A stretch of DNA of 63,936 bases, counting the filler, from an uncultured Methanosarcinales archaeon (GTDB lineage: Archaea; Nanobdellota; Nanobdellia; Woesearchaeales; CAYXTQ01), in assembly GCA_964608065.1 (NCBI GenBank). It is 10 parts of 10 records of this genome, joined end to end, with 100 filler letters (N's around TTAATTAATTAA, not from the genome) between each part and the next. Parts side by side here need not be neighbours in the genome. Positions count along the whole stretch, not along the records: positions 20,536 to 27,249 come from CAZSMA010000081.1; positions 27,350 to 33,924 come from CAZSMA010000082.1; 8 more parts are not named here. The stretch is one strand, 5' to 3'. Shown piece by piece: positions 20,855 to 31,227 of this stretch (position 1 is its first letter; each line of letters starts with the position of its first letter). A program made the translations under genes and the position numbers. Below the pieces are notes generated by a model. It was not told the DNA's origin. It searched no databases and was given only the letters and a program-made list of their open reading frames with translations.

Positions 20855-21012
20855 AGTAAATTGTCTAAGTCTTTTACTAAATCTGCTACTGAAAGTTCTT
20901 CGTGAATACTGTTATTTCTTCCGCAAAAAGGACAAATCCTTTCGCGCCAAGTATTAGGTCTTTCAAACTTAAATCGGCAATTTTCACATACAAACTTAAT
21001 TTTACTAGACAT
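20851..21012 (-). CDS. Small zinc-ribbon protein
   Basis: CENC...CPFC; likely start MSSKIK. Confidence 0.6.
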   Translation of the reverse strand: MSSKIKFVCENCRFKFERPNTWRERICPFCGRNNSIHEELSVADLVKDLDNLL

Positions 21013-21244
21013 ATAATAAATAAATAATAAGTTCTTAATTAACTTTTCGTACAACTTAATAAAGGAAAAATCCATTATTTTTAGGTGACATGATGGCAAA
21101 ATATAGCCAAGTTTGTGAATACATTTATGGTGGAAAAGAAAGTTATGGAAAGAAACATTGATAAAGCGAAAGTAGACAAAAATTATTATAAATTCTAATT
21201 TTTTAAATAGAAAATTTTTAAGAATAATTTTAGACTGATAAAAT

Positions 21245-21946
21245 TTAATTTAATAATTTTTTAATCTCTTCTAAAATGTTATTATGTTTGAAAATAGTCC
21301 ATTTTTTTTCTTTTGTAAAATCAAATAAATCTAAAGAAGGATTTAATACTATGGGAATACCAACAAGTTCTAACATTTCTATGTCACTAATAGAATCTCC
21401 CATTGCAATACAATTTTCTAGAGGGATTTTCTTTGTATCTGAAATATTTTTTATCTTTTTTCTCTTACCTCCAAGTAAATGGATATTAGTTTTTAATTTT
21501 CCAGTATAAATATTATTTTCAATATGATTTTTTGTTGAATAAGCTTTATACATCCCAAGCTCTAATGCGGCAAGACTAACTACTTCATAAGCTCCTGCTG
21601 ATATAAGCAATAAAGTATATCCTTTTTGTTTTAAATAATTCATTAGACCATAAGATGAATCATATATGTTCTGCTTAAAATTATGAAAAAATTCAGAAGA
21701 TTTAATTTGTATTAAATTAGAGTCTTGTCCTTTTAAGCCGTTTGCCCATTCTTGCCCCCATTTTTCACACCACGCATCATAGGAAAGTTTTCCAGTTTTG
21801 GTTTCTTTAAAATATTGCATTTGTTTTTCATAGCTTTCTTTTGCATAAAGGTTTTCCTTAAAAAGATAATCCATAAAGTCCATAGAAATATAGCCTTGAC
21901 TCAGAGTTCCATCAAAATCACAAAATGCTATTTTTTCTATATTCAT
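21245..21946 (-). CDS. HAD-IB hydrolase (phosphoserine-phosphatase-like)
   Basis: DFDGTL, ISAG, GDSISDIEML. Confidence 0.88.
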   Translation of the reverse strand: MNIEKIAFCDFDGTLSQGYISMDFMDYLFKENLYAKESYEKQMQYFKETKTGKLSYDAWCEKWGQEWANGLKGQDSNLIQIKSSEFFHNFKQNIYDSSYGLMNYLKQKGYTLLLISAGAYEVVSLAALELGMYKAYSTKNHIENNIYTGKLKTNIHLLGGKRKKIKNISDTKKIPLENCIAMGDSISDIEMLELVGIPIVLNPSLDLFDFTKEKKWTIFKHNNILEEIKKLLN

Positions 21947-22050
21947 AAAAATTGGAGTATTTTGCTATTTTATAAGATTTTTGATATGTTTGTCATAAAA
22001 CGTAAATTGATAAAAAGTATTATAAATTCTAATTTTTCTTTACCTTTCTT

Positions 22051-22644
22051 ATGTTATTGAAAGAAGTAAAAAGATTACAGAATAGTCCTATAAGTAAAGT
22101 AATTAGTAACCGGATTAAAGAGTTTAAATCATATCCTAATGATAAATTATTCCAAGAGTTAAGCTTTTGTTTGATGACTGCTAACTTTAATGCTAAAAGA
22201 GCCATTAATATTCAAGATTCAATCAAGGATGGATTTAATAATTTAAGTGAAAAACAATTAAGTAAAAAATTGAAAGAATTAGGGCATAGATTTCCTAATG
22301 CCAGAGCAAAATATATTGTTGAAGCTAGAAAACATGATTTAGGAGTTATTCCTTTTTTAGAAGATAAAAGAGAATATTTAGTTAATAATGTTAAAGGTTT
22401 AGGTTTTAAAGAGGCTAGCCATTTCTTGAGAAATATTGGTTATTCGGACTTTGCCATAATTGACTTTCATATTGTTGATTTATTAGTCAAGAATAAATTG
22501 ATTGAAAGACCCAAGACTTTAAACAAAAATAAATATTTAGAAATAGAATCTTTGCTTTCAAAGTTAGCCACTAAATTAAATTTAAACCTAGATGAGTTAG
22601 ATCTTTATTTATGGTATTTAGAAACAGGAAAAGTTTTGAAATAA
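22051..22644 (+). CDS. ogg: 8-oxoguanine DNA N-glycosylase/lyase
   Basis: FCLMTAN, GHRFPNARA, VKGLGFKEASHFLRNIG, LDLYLWY...GKVLK. Confidence 0.93.
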   Translation: MLLKEVKRLQNSPISKVISNRIKEFKSYPNDKLFQELSFCLMTANFNAKRAINIQDSIKDGFNNLSEKQLSKKLKELGHRFPNARAKYIVEARKHDLGVIPFLEDKREYLVNNVKGLGFKEASHFLRNIGYSDFAIIDFHIVDLLVKNKLIERPKTLNKNKYLEIESLLSKLATKLNLNLDELDLYLWYLETGKVLK

Positions 22645-22646
22645 TC

Positions 22647-24839
22647 TTAAAAATAACCCATTAAATTAATAGTGGCTTGAACATCATTTTCATTATATTC
22701 TACACCTTGATATTTTGCTTCAGTATCTTTTAAGAAAAAAGCCCTTAAATCTAAATTAATAATTAACAAATCATTTATATTTCCGCCAGCAGAAAAATTA
22801 ACTAAATGAGAGTAATGGCCTTTAGCATTTGCATAACCATATCTTGCTTTTAATAAAAAATCTTCATATCCTATAGCAAAATCAACACCATGTAAATTCT
22901 CTAATACATCACTAAAATAACCTCCGCCTACAAAGAAGCTGGAATCTGCACAATATATAGACCTTGCTAAAACTTCATGACCTGAATAGCTTACATTTAA
23001 TAAAATTCCATTTAAGTCTGAAAATAATCTTCTTGAAATTTGGTCTTGGGCAGTAATTTTACTAGGTAAAGGAGAAGCATCAATTTGTTCTGATTGGATA
23101 AAATAATTTTCTAATTTATTATTTCCATGTTTATCAAATAAAGCTGAATAAGCTTCTAAAGTAAATGTTGTTGGTGGATTAAAAGGATGAATTAGCAGTC
23201 TTTGGTAATTAGTATCTTGAATTAACTGTTCTATTGAAACTCTTGCAGCGATATGTGGAAAATTCAAAAAAGTTCCTACCTTGAATGAAGATTCTGGAAA
23301 ACTTCTAAATGAAACAAAAGGACTTATTACATTTCCTTTCAATCCTGCTACAAAATTCAATCTAGGAATAATGCTTAAAGTTTCATTAATTTCATTCCCT
23401 TTATAATTCACTATACCATTATTAATCTCTCTTGTTTGCCAGGTATATTTTTCATTGTTTAATTCAATGCCGGCACTTATTAAGTACCAAAATAAATCTT
23501 TGTTTTCTTGAGAAAAAGCATAAATTAAATTTCTATTTCTATTTTCCATCATGCTTTTCCATAATTCCTTATAATCCCCAGTCAATTCTATATTGCCTGT
23601 ATTTAATATAAGATCTAATGAAATATCACCCTTTTCGTGGAAGATATTCCTTTTTTCATAAATAATTCCAAATCCTTTCTTTCCAAACTTAGATTTATCA
23701 GATAATTCAAATGCTTCAGATAATTTTTCAAATAATTCTGATTTAACTTTTAAGTTTGCATTAAGATAAATATCTTTAAGATGAATATCTATATCATATA
23801 AATCATAAAGAAATATTAACATTGGATCAATATCAAAAACTTCAGAAATTTTTGAACCATCCTTGAATTTCAAATTAAGATCAAATGATGCCTGACCAAA
23901 ACATCTATATTCTGAAGATAAAATGTGGTCAAAGGTTTTAATTTTGTCTCCTAATTTAACCTTATATGAAAAAGATAAGTTCCCTTCGGCTTTTCCCTTA
24001 CCTTCAAGTTTTAGTTTAGCGCTAATAGAATTATCTGTTTTTTCTACATCCATTAAGTTTCCAAAACCTTCTGCTAAATCAAGAATATTTCTTAAAGATC
24101 TTTTTTTGAGAGTAATGCTGTCAAAAGGATCATTGTCTAGTATTCCTTTGATTATATCATCTATTTGTGTTTCATTAAATACATAATCCATATCATTTAA
24201 AAAATCATTAAAGGCTTCTTTTGTTTCTTTTTTTTGTTTTTCACTTACTTTCTGTTCATCAAGATATTCATCTATATTTCCTGTAATCATGCTTGAAATT
24301 AATCCATATACGAATTCTTCAGAATATAGGTCTTTGTAAATATGCAATATTTCTTTTTTAAAACCATAAATATTATCCAATAAGGAATCTCCAATCACGC
24401 CCTTTTCTGAATTGAATAAATTTATGAATGATTCAAGAGTTGTATTGCCAATCATAATTTCTTTCATATAGGTCTTTTCAATATCTTCTAAACTTTTGAA
24501 ATATCCCATAATGGGCATATTATTAAATGAAAAATCTTCTTCTGTTACATTCCATTTAAAGCCTTGCCCAGTTAAAGTTCCGTCTGTATTTAAATGGAAA
24601 TTGTTTGGAAGCTTGAAATAAATTGAAAAGTTCGAGTTAATGCCTGTGTCTAGTATTGTCCAGCCAGGGATTCCTAGTGAGATGTTTTTTTGAGGCTTAT
24701 TTAAATCTTCTTTGAGCTTATCTTCTATTGTTTGTTCTATCTTTTGCTTTTCTTTAGGTTCAGTGCTTACAGCTGGAGAACTAGTAAAAAGGGTTGTTAT
24801 CATTCCCATTGAAACTAGTGTATTTTTCCAAAAAGCCAT
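22647..24839 (-). CDS. Large secreted hypothetical protein, beta-rich C-terminal half
   Basis: 730-aa ORF with signal-like N-terminus. Confidence 0.6.
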   Translation of the reverse strand: MAFWKNTLVSMGMITTLFTSSPAVSTEPKEKQKIEQTIEDKLKEDLNKPQKNISLGIPGWTILDTGINSNFSIYFKLPNNFHLNTDGTLTGQGFKWNVTEEDFSFNNMPIMGYFKSLEDIEKTYMKEIMIGNTTLESFINLFNSEKGVIGDSLLDNIYGFKKEILHIYKDLYSEEFVYGLISSMITGNIDEYLDEQKVSEKQKKETKEAFNDFLNDMDYVFNETQIDDIIKGILDNDPFDSITLKKRSLRNILDLAEGFGNLMDVEKTDNSISAKLKLEGKGKAEGNLSFSYKVKLGDKIKTFDHILSSEYRCFGQASFDLNLKFKDGSKISEVFDIDPMLIFLYDLYDIDIHLKDIYLNANLKVKSELFEKLSEAFELSDKSKFGKKGFGIIYEKRNIFHEKGDISLDLILNTGNIELTGDYKELWKSMMENRNRNLIYAFSQENKDLFWYLISAGIELNNEKYTWQTREINNGIVNYKGNEINETLSIIPRLNFVAGLKGNVISPFVSFRSFPESSFKVGTFLNFPHIAARVSIEQLIQDTNYQRLLIHPFNPPTTFTLEAYSALFDKHGNNKLENYFIQSEQIDASPLPSKITAQDQISRRLFSDLNGILLNVSYSGHEVLARSIYCADSSFFVGGGYFSDVLENLHGVDFAIGYEDFLLKARYGYANAKGHYSHLVNFSAGGNINDLLIINLDLRAFFLKDTEAKYQGVEYNENDVQATINLMGYF

Positions 24840-24892
24840 GATTTGCAGTTAAATAGAATGTTTAAAAGCTTTATTAATTAGTTATTTTAATC

Positions 24893-25168
24893 TGTTATCC
24901 CGAAACTGGTTCGCATCACGAAACTAATTCGCATTTTTAAATGAATCCCAGACTTCTCTAGGAGTTTTATAATGGAGGCTCATATGAAGGCGGCCTTCAT
25001 TATAATGTTTGATAAAGTCTTTCAAGCCAGAGAAGCTTCCAGTTGCAAATTCTGTCTTGTATGTTAGAAAGAATCGTTCTGCTTTGCCATTAGTCTGCGG
25101 TCTATTCACTCTAGCAAGGTATCCTCACCAAAGGTGAGGAGTATATGCGAACTAAAAACGTGATAGCA
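24893..25168 (-). mobile_element. Internally deleted IS481-family element (MITE-like, 276 bp)
   Basis: Imperfect 24-bp TIRs (TGTTATCCCGAAACTGGTTCGCAT / ATGCGAACTAAAAACGTGATAGCA) around an integrase C-terminus PQTNGKAERFF...YN..R.H.SL..KTP. Confidence 0.75.
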
Positions 25169-25186
25169 CATTTGTTAAATTTTGCA

Positions 25187-26743
25187 GTAAGTAATAAGTT
25201 AGGCAGCTATTGTTCTTAGATTTTGAAATAAATTCTTTCCTTGTAATTTCCATGTATGTAATACTGAAACTACAATATCAATCCATCTTTTGCCTTTTTC
25301 ATTTCTGTAACATCCTATTGTCTTTCTTAAAAGAACAATAGGTCTTAATTCTCTTTCTGCATGATTATTATCTAATGGTACACCTTTATAATACAATGCT
25401 GTAAACCAATCTTCGCCTCCATTTTTGATAAGTGTTCTTAGACCTTTTGCTCCTTGAATAACTTTCAAGCATGTTACAATATCATTCAATATCCATTTTG
25501 CTTTTTTTATTTCTTTTTCATCAGGTGGTTTTGTATTAAGCACTTTAATGGTTTCATAAAGTGCTTTTAGTCTTGCATATTGTGTTTCTATTTCTTTATT
25601 GTTTTTAACATAATCTTTGAATTCTCTAATAAGATGCGACCAGCATCTTTGTTTTAAGGGAAAGATATCATATGCATTATATCCATCAACTACGATTATT
25701 CCTTTGAAGTTTTTGAGCAATTCTTGGATATTTATTCTTGCCCTGCTCATTGTTGCACTTAGAATCGATATTGTTTTAGTAAAAACTCCCCACACATAAC
25801 CATTTTGTCCGTCTTTTCTAAAACTTGTTTCATCAGCATGAGCATAACTTGCCTTATTTAACTCTTCCAGCAATGATTCTCTTTTGCTCTCAAGTTTATT
25901 TGCAAACCTATCGGTTATATTTTGCACTTGAACATCACTAAAGCTGAGAGCACCAAGTTCCCTCATGAAATCTGCAATCTTTCCATGAGAATTGGTAAGA
26001 TTCTTGAGCATTACAACAATACTTTGAATATTTTTGCCATAAATCTCCTTAGGCAACGAAACATTAGCTGTAACTATTTTTCCAGTAATTGGAGAAATAT
26101 ATTTCATAATTCGATGCTCAATTACTCTTATTGGCTTGTCAGGAAAATCAATTATTGTCTTCTTCCAATATCCAATTGGTTCTCCCAAGGGCAATCCCGT
26201 AACTGGACAGAAATCAAGTTTGTGTTCTACAACTTCATCAGGTTCAGGAAGTTTTATTCCACCACCATTGCTACCCTTAGGCTTACCTGGAAAACGAGGT
26301 TTATCCTCTTCATTATCTTGATTTTTTTTTGTATTATTTTTTCTTTTCTTGGATGATGGTGTATGCGGATTATCAAAAGCTTTAAGATAATGCTCAATTT
26401 TAATTAAACGTTCTTCAAGATCTTGTCGCATTTTACGTTCTTTAAGAAGTAATCTAACTAATTCACTTTTACTTAGCTTTTTTAATTCCTTTTTTACAGA
26501 CAAGAACAATCACCTCGTCTCCAAGATATTCTTTTGGGCAATCAATCTTTGCCCCTGTTCCAAATTTTGTAACTTTGCGTTCAAAATAACCGCAAATATT
26601 TTTTACAGAAAGTTCATTCAAATAGTTTATTTTGATTTTTCTCATTAATATATATTAAATATATATTAAGTATAAAAAGGTTTCGATATTGCAAAATACC
26701 TATTAAATTGAGTCATTTATAAAGAAACAGACTTATTACTTAC
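25187..26743 (-). mobile_element. IS66-family element, single-ORF type, 1557 bp
   Basis: 13-bp TIR GTAAGTAATAAGT/ACTTATTACTTAC; 8-bp TSD ATTTTGCA (25179-25186, 26744-26751). Confidence 0.92.
25199..26509 (-). CDS. IS66 transposase
   Basis: HADET, VDGYNAY, QRCWSHLIR, DNNHAERELRP. Confidence 0.95.
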   Translation of the reverse strand: MFLSVKKELKKLSKSELVRLLLKERKMRQDLEERLIKIEHYLKAFDNPHTPSSKKRKNNTKKNQDNEEDKPRFPGKPKGSNGGGIKLPEPDEVVEHKLDFCPVTGLPLGEPIGYWKKTIIDFPDKPIRVIEHRIMKYISPITGKIVTANVSLPKEIYGKNIQSIVVMLKNLTNSHGKIADFMRELGALSFSDVQVQNITDRFANKLESKRESLLEELNKASYAHADETSFRKDGQNGYVWGVFTKTISILSATMSRARINIQELLKNFKGIIVVDGYNAYDIFPLKQRCWSHLIREFKDYVKNNKEIETQYARLKALYETIKVLNTKPPDEKEIKKAKWILNDIVTCLKVIQGAKGLRTLIKNGGEDWFTALYYKGVPLDNNHAERELRPIVLLRKTIGCYRNEKGKRWIDIVVSVLHTWKLQGKNLFQNLRTIAA

Positions 26744-26809
26744 ATTTTGCAGTAAACTTTATATATTTTCTCTTATTATTGCAGTTAAATTAGATTTGGA
26801 GGAATAAAA

Positions 26810-27175
26810 ATGAAAAAATTAACACAAATTATAGGACTTTGCTTAGGTATTACAGCATTTATGGCTTCGGGATGTGATAGAAGACTTTCTATAAGCGGCA
26901 CAGTAATAGAACAAAAAGATTCTGAATATCCTTCCTATAAAGTTAAATGTGATGATAAAAAAGAATATCAATGTAAAGTAAGAGATGTTATATGTGCAAC
27001 ATCACAACAATTAGATTTTCATCCTTTAAAAGTAGGAGATAAAGTTGAATTAAGCTTAAACTATTCTAATAATGAGTTTGAGTTGCCTGGAAAATATCAT
27101 GATGGAAAATTTATAGGGTTTAAATGCCATAATATTGAAGAATATAAAATAATTAAAGCTGAAAAAACTGAATGA
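26810..27175 (+). CDS. Putative lipoprotein
   Basis: Signal peptide ending ASGC; GGAGG RBS. Confidence 0.6.
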   Translation: MKKLTQIIGLCLGITAFMASGCDRRLSISGTVIEQKDSEYPSYKVKCDDKKEYQCKVRDVICATSQQLDFHPLKVGDKVELSLNYSNNEFELPGKYHDGKFIGFKCHNIEEYKIIKAEKTE

Positions 27176-27375
27176 AAATTATTATAATTTTTTAGTAATA
27201 CTTTAGCTTTCTGAAGCTAAAATATTATGCATGAAAAATAAAGGGTTTTNNNNNNNNNNNNNNNNNNNNNNNNNNNNNNNNNNNNNNNNNNNNTTAATTA
27301 ATTAANNNNNNNNNNNNNNNNNNNNNNNNNNNNNNNNNNNNNNNNNNNNACTAATAATTATGAATAATGTTCCAT

Positions 27376-27582
27376 TTATAAAACCAGCCAAGAATTTGTT
27401 TTTATTCCTCCACATGAATAAAAGAAGTGATCATTACTTTTAAAATTATCTTCAGCAACTACATCAAAAAGCACACAAGGAATTAAACAAGGCTTGCCTT
27501 GTTCACTCGCAAGATTGAATTTCAAAACCTTGCTGTTCAGATTTACATCAATAATTTTACCTGTTCCGGCAAAAATATTCAT
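27376..27582 (-). pseudogene. Chimeric/truncated ORF (possible OB-fold/SSB-like N-terminus) running into a repeated promoter element
   Basis: C-terminus EDNFKSN is encoded by the repeat shared with 33202-33241. Confidence 0.35.
27414..27453. repeat. 40-bp direct repeat (2 mismatches) with 33202-33241
   Basis: ATGAATAAAAGAAGT(G/T)AT(C/T)ATTACTTTTAAAATTATCTTC. Confidence 0.85.
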
Positions 27583-28384
27583 AGTGCCCCCTTTCTTAAA
27601 AGTTTGAGGCAGCCTGATTTCAATTTGTTACGGAAAAGTTAAGACGTCGGTGTTTATATATTATGTACAAGGATTGGCGTGGGAAAGGTGATGAGAAAGA
27701 AAGGTTAGATGGGGAAGGATGAAGAGGAATAGGGGGATTAAAATATAAGGACAAAAATGAGATAACACAGAAAATACACCGATTTGTATTCTGAAATACA
27801 TAAATACATAAATATTCTATATTCTTAATTAATTAGTAGCTAAAATGTTGAGTGGAATACCCAAACAAACTGCTACCGCCACATAAAATTTTGAAGTTGC
27901 ATATATCCCAATTAATTTCATAAAATCTGCACTTTGCCCGAACTTATTGAGAAGTTACCTAAAATGACAAATTATACCCTAAATCAAGTAAAAAAATACT
28001 TAAATATCTATGGAGACATGGTTCACCAATCAAATGTATTCAAGTATGGCGTTATGTTAGAAGAACATAGGATGGCAATAAGGAAAACACTTGAAAGGAG
28101 CTACTACGGACTTTCCAGATGAATTCAAGGATGACAACTTTAACAATATTATGCATGACTTAGAAGAAGTCTTGAAGAGATAGTATAAAGTAATATCTTC
28201 TATTTCGTAATCTAATTTTCCAGTTATTTTCTGACATGGTTGTTATCTCCTTTGTTTTGGTTTTTGTGCCCTATACCTAATGCTGGAATAATTCCCAAAA
28301 CAAAAAACAGACAACTAAAAGGATTCAAAAAGACAATTTTCACCAAACAAAAAGTTTATAAATCATGTTTAAACAGTAAGTTAT

Positions 28385-28783
28385 ATGGTCAAGGTCTATA
28401 TGCCAAGAGGATATTTTGAAGGTTCAAAAATGAGTAACGCATTGGAATTCTTAGCTGTAGAAGGAATTGATTGTATAAGGATCGGATGTAAAAAAATGGA
28501 TGGATTTAAGACGGTTTATTTCCCAATTAATACATTAATTAGTAGAAATTTTTTAGATGATATCTACAATAGCAATGAGGGGTTTTTAACTGATGATTTT
28601 TTAAGGATAGAAACAGACTATATGAGAGGAGATGAAATAAAGGAACTTAATCCTAAATTATCAAAATTAGAGGATGAAAAACTATATGATGTAATAAAAA
28701 TAAGTTATATAGATCCCAGGCCACTATATATACCAGATAAATCTTACAACCCATTCTGGGATCATAAGCCTATCTCTCAATAA
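28385..28783 (+). CDS. Hypothetical protein
   Basis: 132-aa ORF with TATA (TTTATAAA) upstream. Confidence 0.6.
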   Translation: MVKVYMPRGYFEGSKMSNALEFLAVEGIDCIRIGCKKMDGFKTVYFPINTLISRNFLDDIYNSNEGFLTDDFLRIETDYMRGDEIKELNPKLSKLEDEKLYDVIKISYIDPRPLYIPDKSYNPFWDHKPISQ

Positions 28784-29357
28784 ACTTTTTTCCACTCTTA
28801 TTAATTTTTATTTTATCAATATCGTCCACTTTTATTTCCCTAAACTTTTTCCCCGAATTTAGCATATTATGCATTTCTTTTTCTAAGATCTTCTTTAAAC
28901 CATATTTAAGAGAGTTTAAATTATTATATAAGCTATAATCAACCCCTCTCTGTATCATTTTATATAATAAATATTCCTCTAACCCTTCTTCATCGTATTC
29001 ATAGGATTTTATCTTTAGAAGTTGTTCTATGCTTTGTTTAAATACATTTTTTATAGCATCGTTATTTCTCAGAGTTTTTAATTCTGGAATTTTTAAAATA
29101 TCTTCTTCCTTTGCCTCCTCAATTTCTAATATTAATTCTAACTTTTTTCTTATTACTAAACAAAGGTTAATAATCTCATCATATTCCCTATCAGTTTCAG
29201 CAAGGGGCATTTTATTTAATATAGCAATGTAATTTCTATTTGTCTCTTTTAATTCGGTTTCAAATTTTTTTAGCTCGTCTTCAATTAGTCCTGCCGTGTT
29301 CCGGTTAAATGGTATAGAAATTTCAACACGAGTGATTGGATCTTCATCGACGTGCAT
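28770..29357 (-). CDS. Hypothetical protein
   Basis: Third gene of overlapping 3-gene operon. Confidence 0.6.
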   Translation of the reverse strand: MHVDEDPITRVEISIPFNRNTAGLIEDELKKFETELKETNRNYIAILNKMPLAETDREYDEIINLCLVIRKKLELILEIEEAKEEDILKIPELKTLRNNDAIKNVFKQSIEQLLKIKSYEYDEEGLEEYLLYKMIQRGVDYSLYNNLNSLKYGLKKILEKEMHNMLNSGKKFREIKVDDIDKIKINKSGKKFIER

Positions 29358-29751
29358 ATTTTATACCATACTTTTTAGAGAGCTTACGTATTAGTTGATC
29401 TTTTTTCTCTCTCAGTTGTGATAGGCATCTTTCTTTAATTTCATTTCTTTCTTTAAGAGACAAATTGCCTATATCTATAGAATCAATTATATCGAAATAA
29501 AAACCTTGCGATTCAAGATAGTTCACAATTTTATTAGATGAAGAATAAATATCACTTAAATGAGATGTATAAGGAATTCCCTCATCAAAGATAATATCTA
29601 AAAGCTTCGATTTTTGCTTAGGGTTTTTCAATCTGAAATACACATTGTCTCTTGAGATATCTCTCAAGTTTTCATTTTCAGATACTTTGATTTCATTCTC
29701 CATTTTTTGGGGGGTACATGAATTTTTATTCAGATCTGAAAGTCTAAGCAT
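29344..29751 (-). CDS. Hypothetical protein
   Basis: Overlaps both neighbours. Confidence 0.6.
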   Translation of the reverse strand: MLRLSDLNKNSCTPQKMENEIKVSENENLRDISRDNVYFRLKNPKQKSKLLDIIFDEGIPYTSHLSDIYSSSNKIVNYLESQGFYFDIIDSIDIGNLSLKERNEIKERCLSQLREKKDQLIRKLSKKYGIKYARR

Positions 29752-29950
29752 TACATTCCTCTTCCAAGATTTTCATATATTTATCAAGTCGGCAATCTCC
29801 GTGTCCTTTCTCAAATAGAATATTCGAGAGGCGACCTATGTGGCCCAATGTGATAGGGTCGTTTTTTTGAATACTTTTAAATTCTGGGGTTACCTCTAAA
29901 TAGTTCCTAACTATTTCTCTAACATAATTTGAATTGGTTCTTGGATTCAT
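29744..29950 (-). CDS. Hypothetical protein
   Basis: First gene of operon. Confidence 0.5.
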   Translation of the reverse strand: MNPRTNSNYVREIVRNYLEVTPEFKSIQKNDPITLGHIGRLSNILFEKGHGDCRLDKYMKILEEECNA

Positions 29951-30390
29951 TAAAAGAAGGCGGGTTTTTTCTTTTTATGTTTTATTGTGATAGACTTGTC
30001 CATAATTAATTTTTCAAAATATCTTATGAAACTATTTCTGGAAGTATTTTAAATTTCCGCATATCAGTGTCTTCTGTTTGTCTCTTATAATTTTCCAAAT
30101 ACGCACTTCCTGCATCTTCTGAGGGATTCCACCCACAATCATCTCCAAAGCGATCGATGTGTTTTAATCGATTAGAATAGTAGAGTGCGTCGTCAATATC
30201 AAAGAAAATTTTATACCTTTTCATGTTTCTCGTTACTCGATAGTTAACATTTAATTTCAATCTTTAAAAACTTGTTGCTTATGTTTGCAGTATGCTCGTC
30301 CTATGATATATGTTATGTGAGAACATATATTTTTATTTAATCATTAAGTTAATTTTATATTCGTCCACATTGCATTCAATTCGAAAAGTC

Positions 30391-30723
30391 CTAATACAAT
30401 TTTCTACCGATTGGGATATTCCGTTCTGGCCCAATTAAAACACATTCTCCATCTTCATCAGGAACTCCTAAAGTCAAAACCTCGGATGTTGCTGGTCCAA
30501 TTTGTCTTGGGGGAAAATTTACTACACACATAACTAATTTATTCTTCAGGTTTTCTTTAGTATAATTTTTCACTAGCTGAGCGCAAGATTTCTTAATTCC
30601 AATTTCTTCTCCTAAATCAATCTTTAATTTATACGAAGGTTTTCTTGCTTCTGGAAAATCTTTAATTTCTATTATTTTGCCAACTCTTACATCAAGTTTT
30701 TGAAAATCTTCAAATGTTGCCAT
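30391..30723 (-). CDS. csaA: tRNA-binding protein / CsaA chaperone
   Basis: FEDFQKLDVRVGKI...FPEARKP...VNFPPRQIG..SEVLTLG. Confidence 0.92.
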   Translation of the reverse strand: MATFEDFQKLDVRVGKIIEIKDFPEARKPSYKLKIDLGEEIGIKKSCAQLVKNYTKENLKNKLVMCVVNFPPRQIGPATSEVLTLGVPDEDGECVLIGPERNIPIGRKLY

Positions 30724-30886
30724 AATAAATTAGTATTAATAGAAATTATATAAATGTTACGGGCTTTTCCGAATTTCGAAATTTAGGATTATGTTCTTTG
30801 CTTGAGAACCACTTATCCAACTCCTTAATTTTTATTACTTCAAAAAGATAAGAAAGCTTATTAAATAGTAAAGGAATTATCTGATA

Positions 30887-31171
30887 ATGAATGGGGTACT
30901 ATCTCTAAAAGAAAGGAAAAGAATGGGGCATATCGATGCATATGAATCATATATACCAGAAAGCTCCTTGCTAATTGGAAAGACAGCCGGTGAAGTTCTG
31001 CTAGGAGATGAGGATAAAATTATTATTGACCATATTCACAATTCTCCAAATGGACTTACTACAAGACAACCCGTCAATTATAATACAGTTTTTGATGGGG
31101 GAATGAGTATCAAATTATTTGGTGATTGGGAAAACATTTGTGTCTTTACGGAAAAATACGGTCTTCCATAG
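30887..31171 (+). CDS. TrkA-C (RCK_C)-like small protein
   Basis: IPESSLLIGKTAGEV...P..NTVF. Confidence 0.45.
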   Translation: MNGVLSLKERKRMGHIDAYESYIPESSLLIGKTAGEVLLGDEDKIIIDHIHNSPNGLTTRQPVNYNTVFDGGMSIKLFGDWENICVFTEKYGLP

Positions 31172-31227
31172 TTTTTATATATAATAGGAAATGAAAACTA
31201 TATAAATAATCCTCAGCTGAAACAAAC

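Noticed and set aside
24924..26509. IS66 nested inside the IS481 transposase
   Set aside because: IS66 ends and TSD lie outside the IS481 terminal repeat; the elements are adjacent
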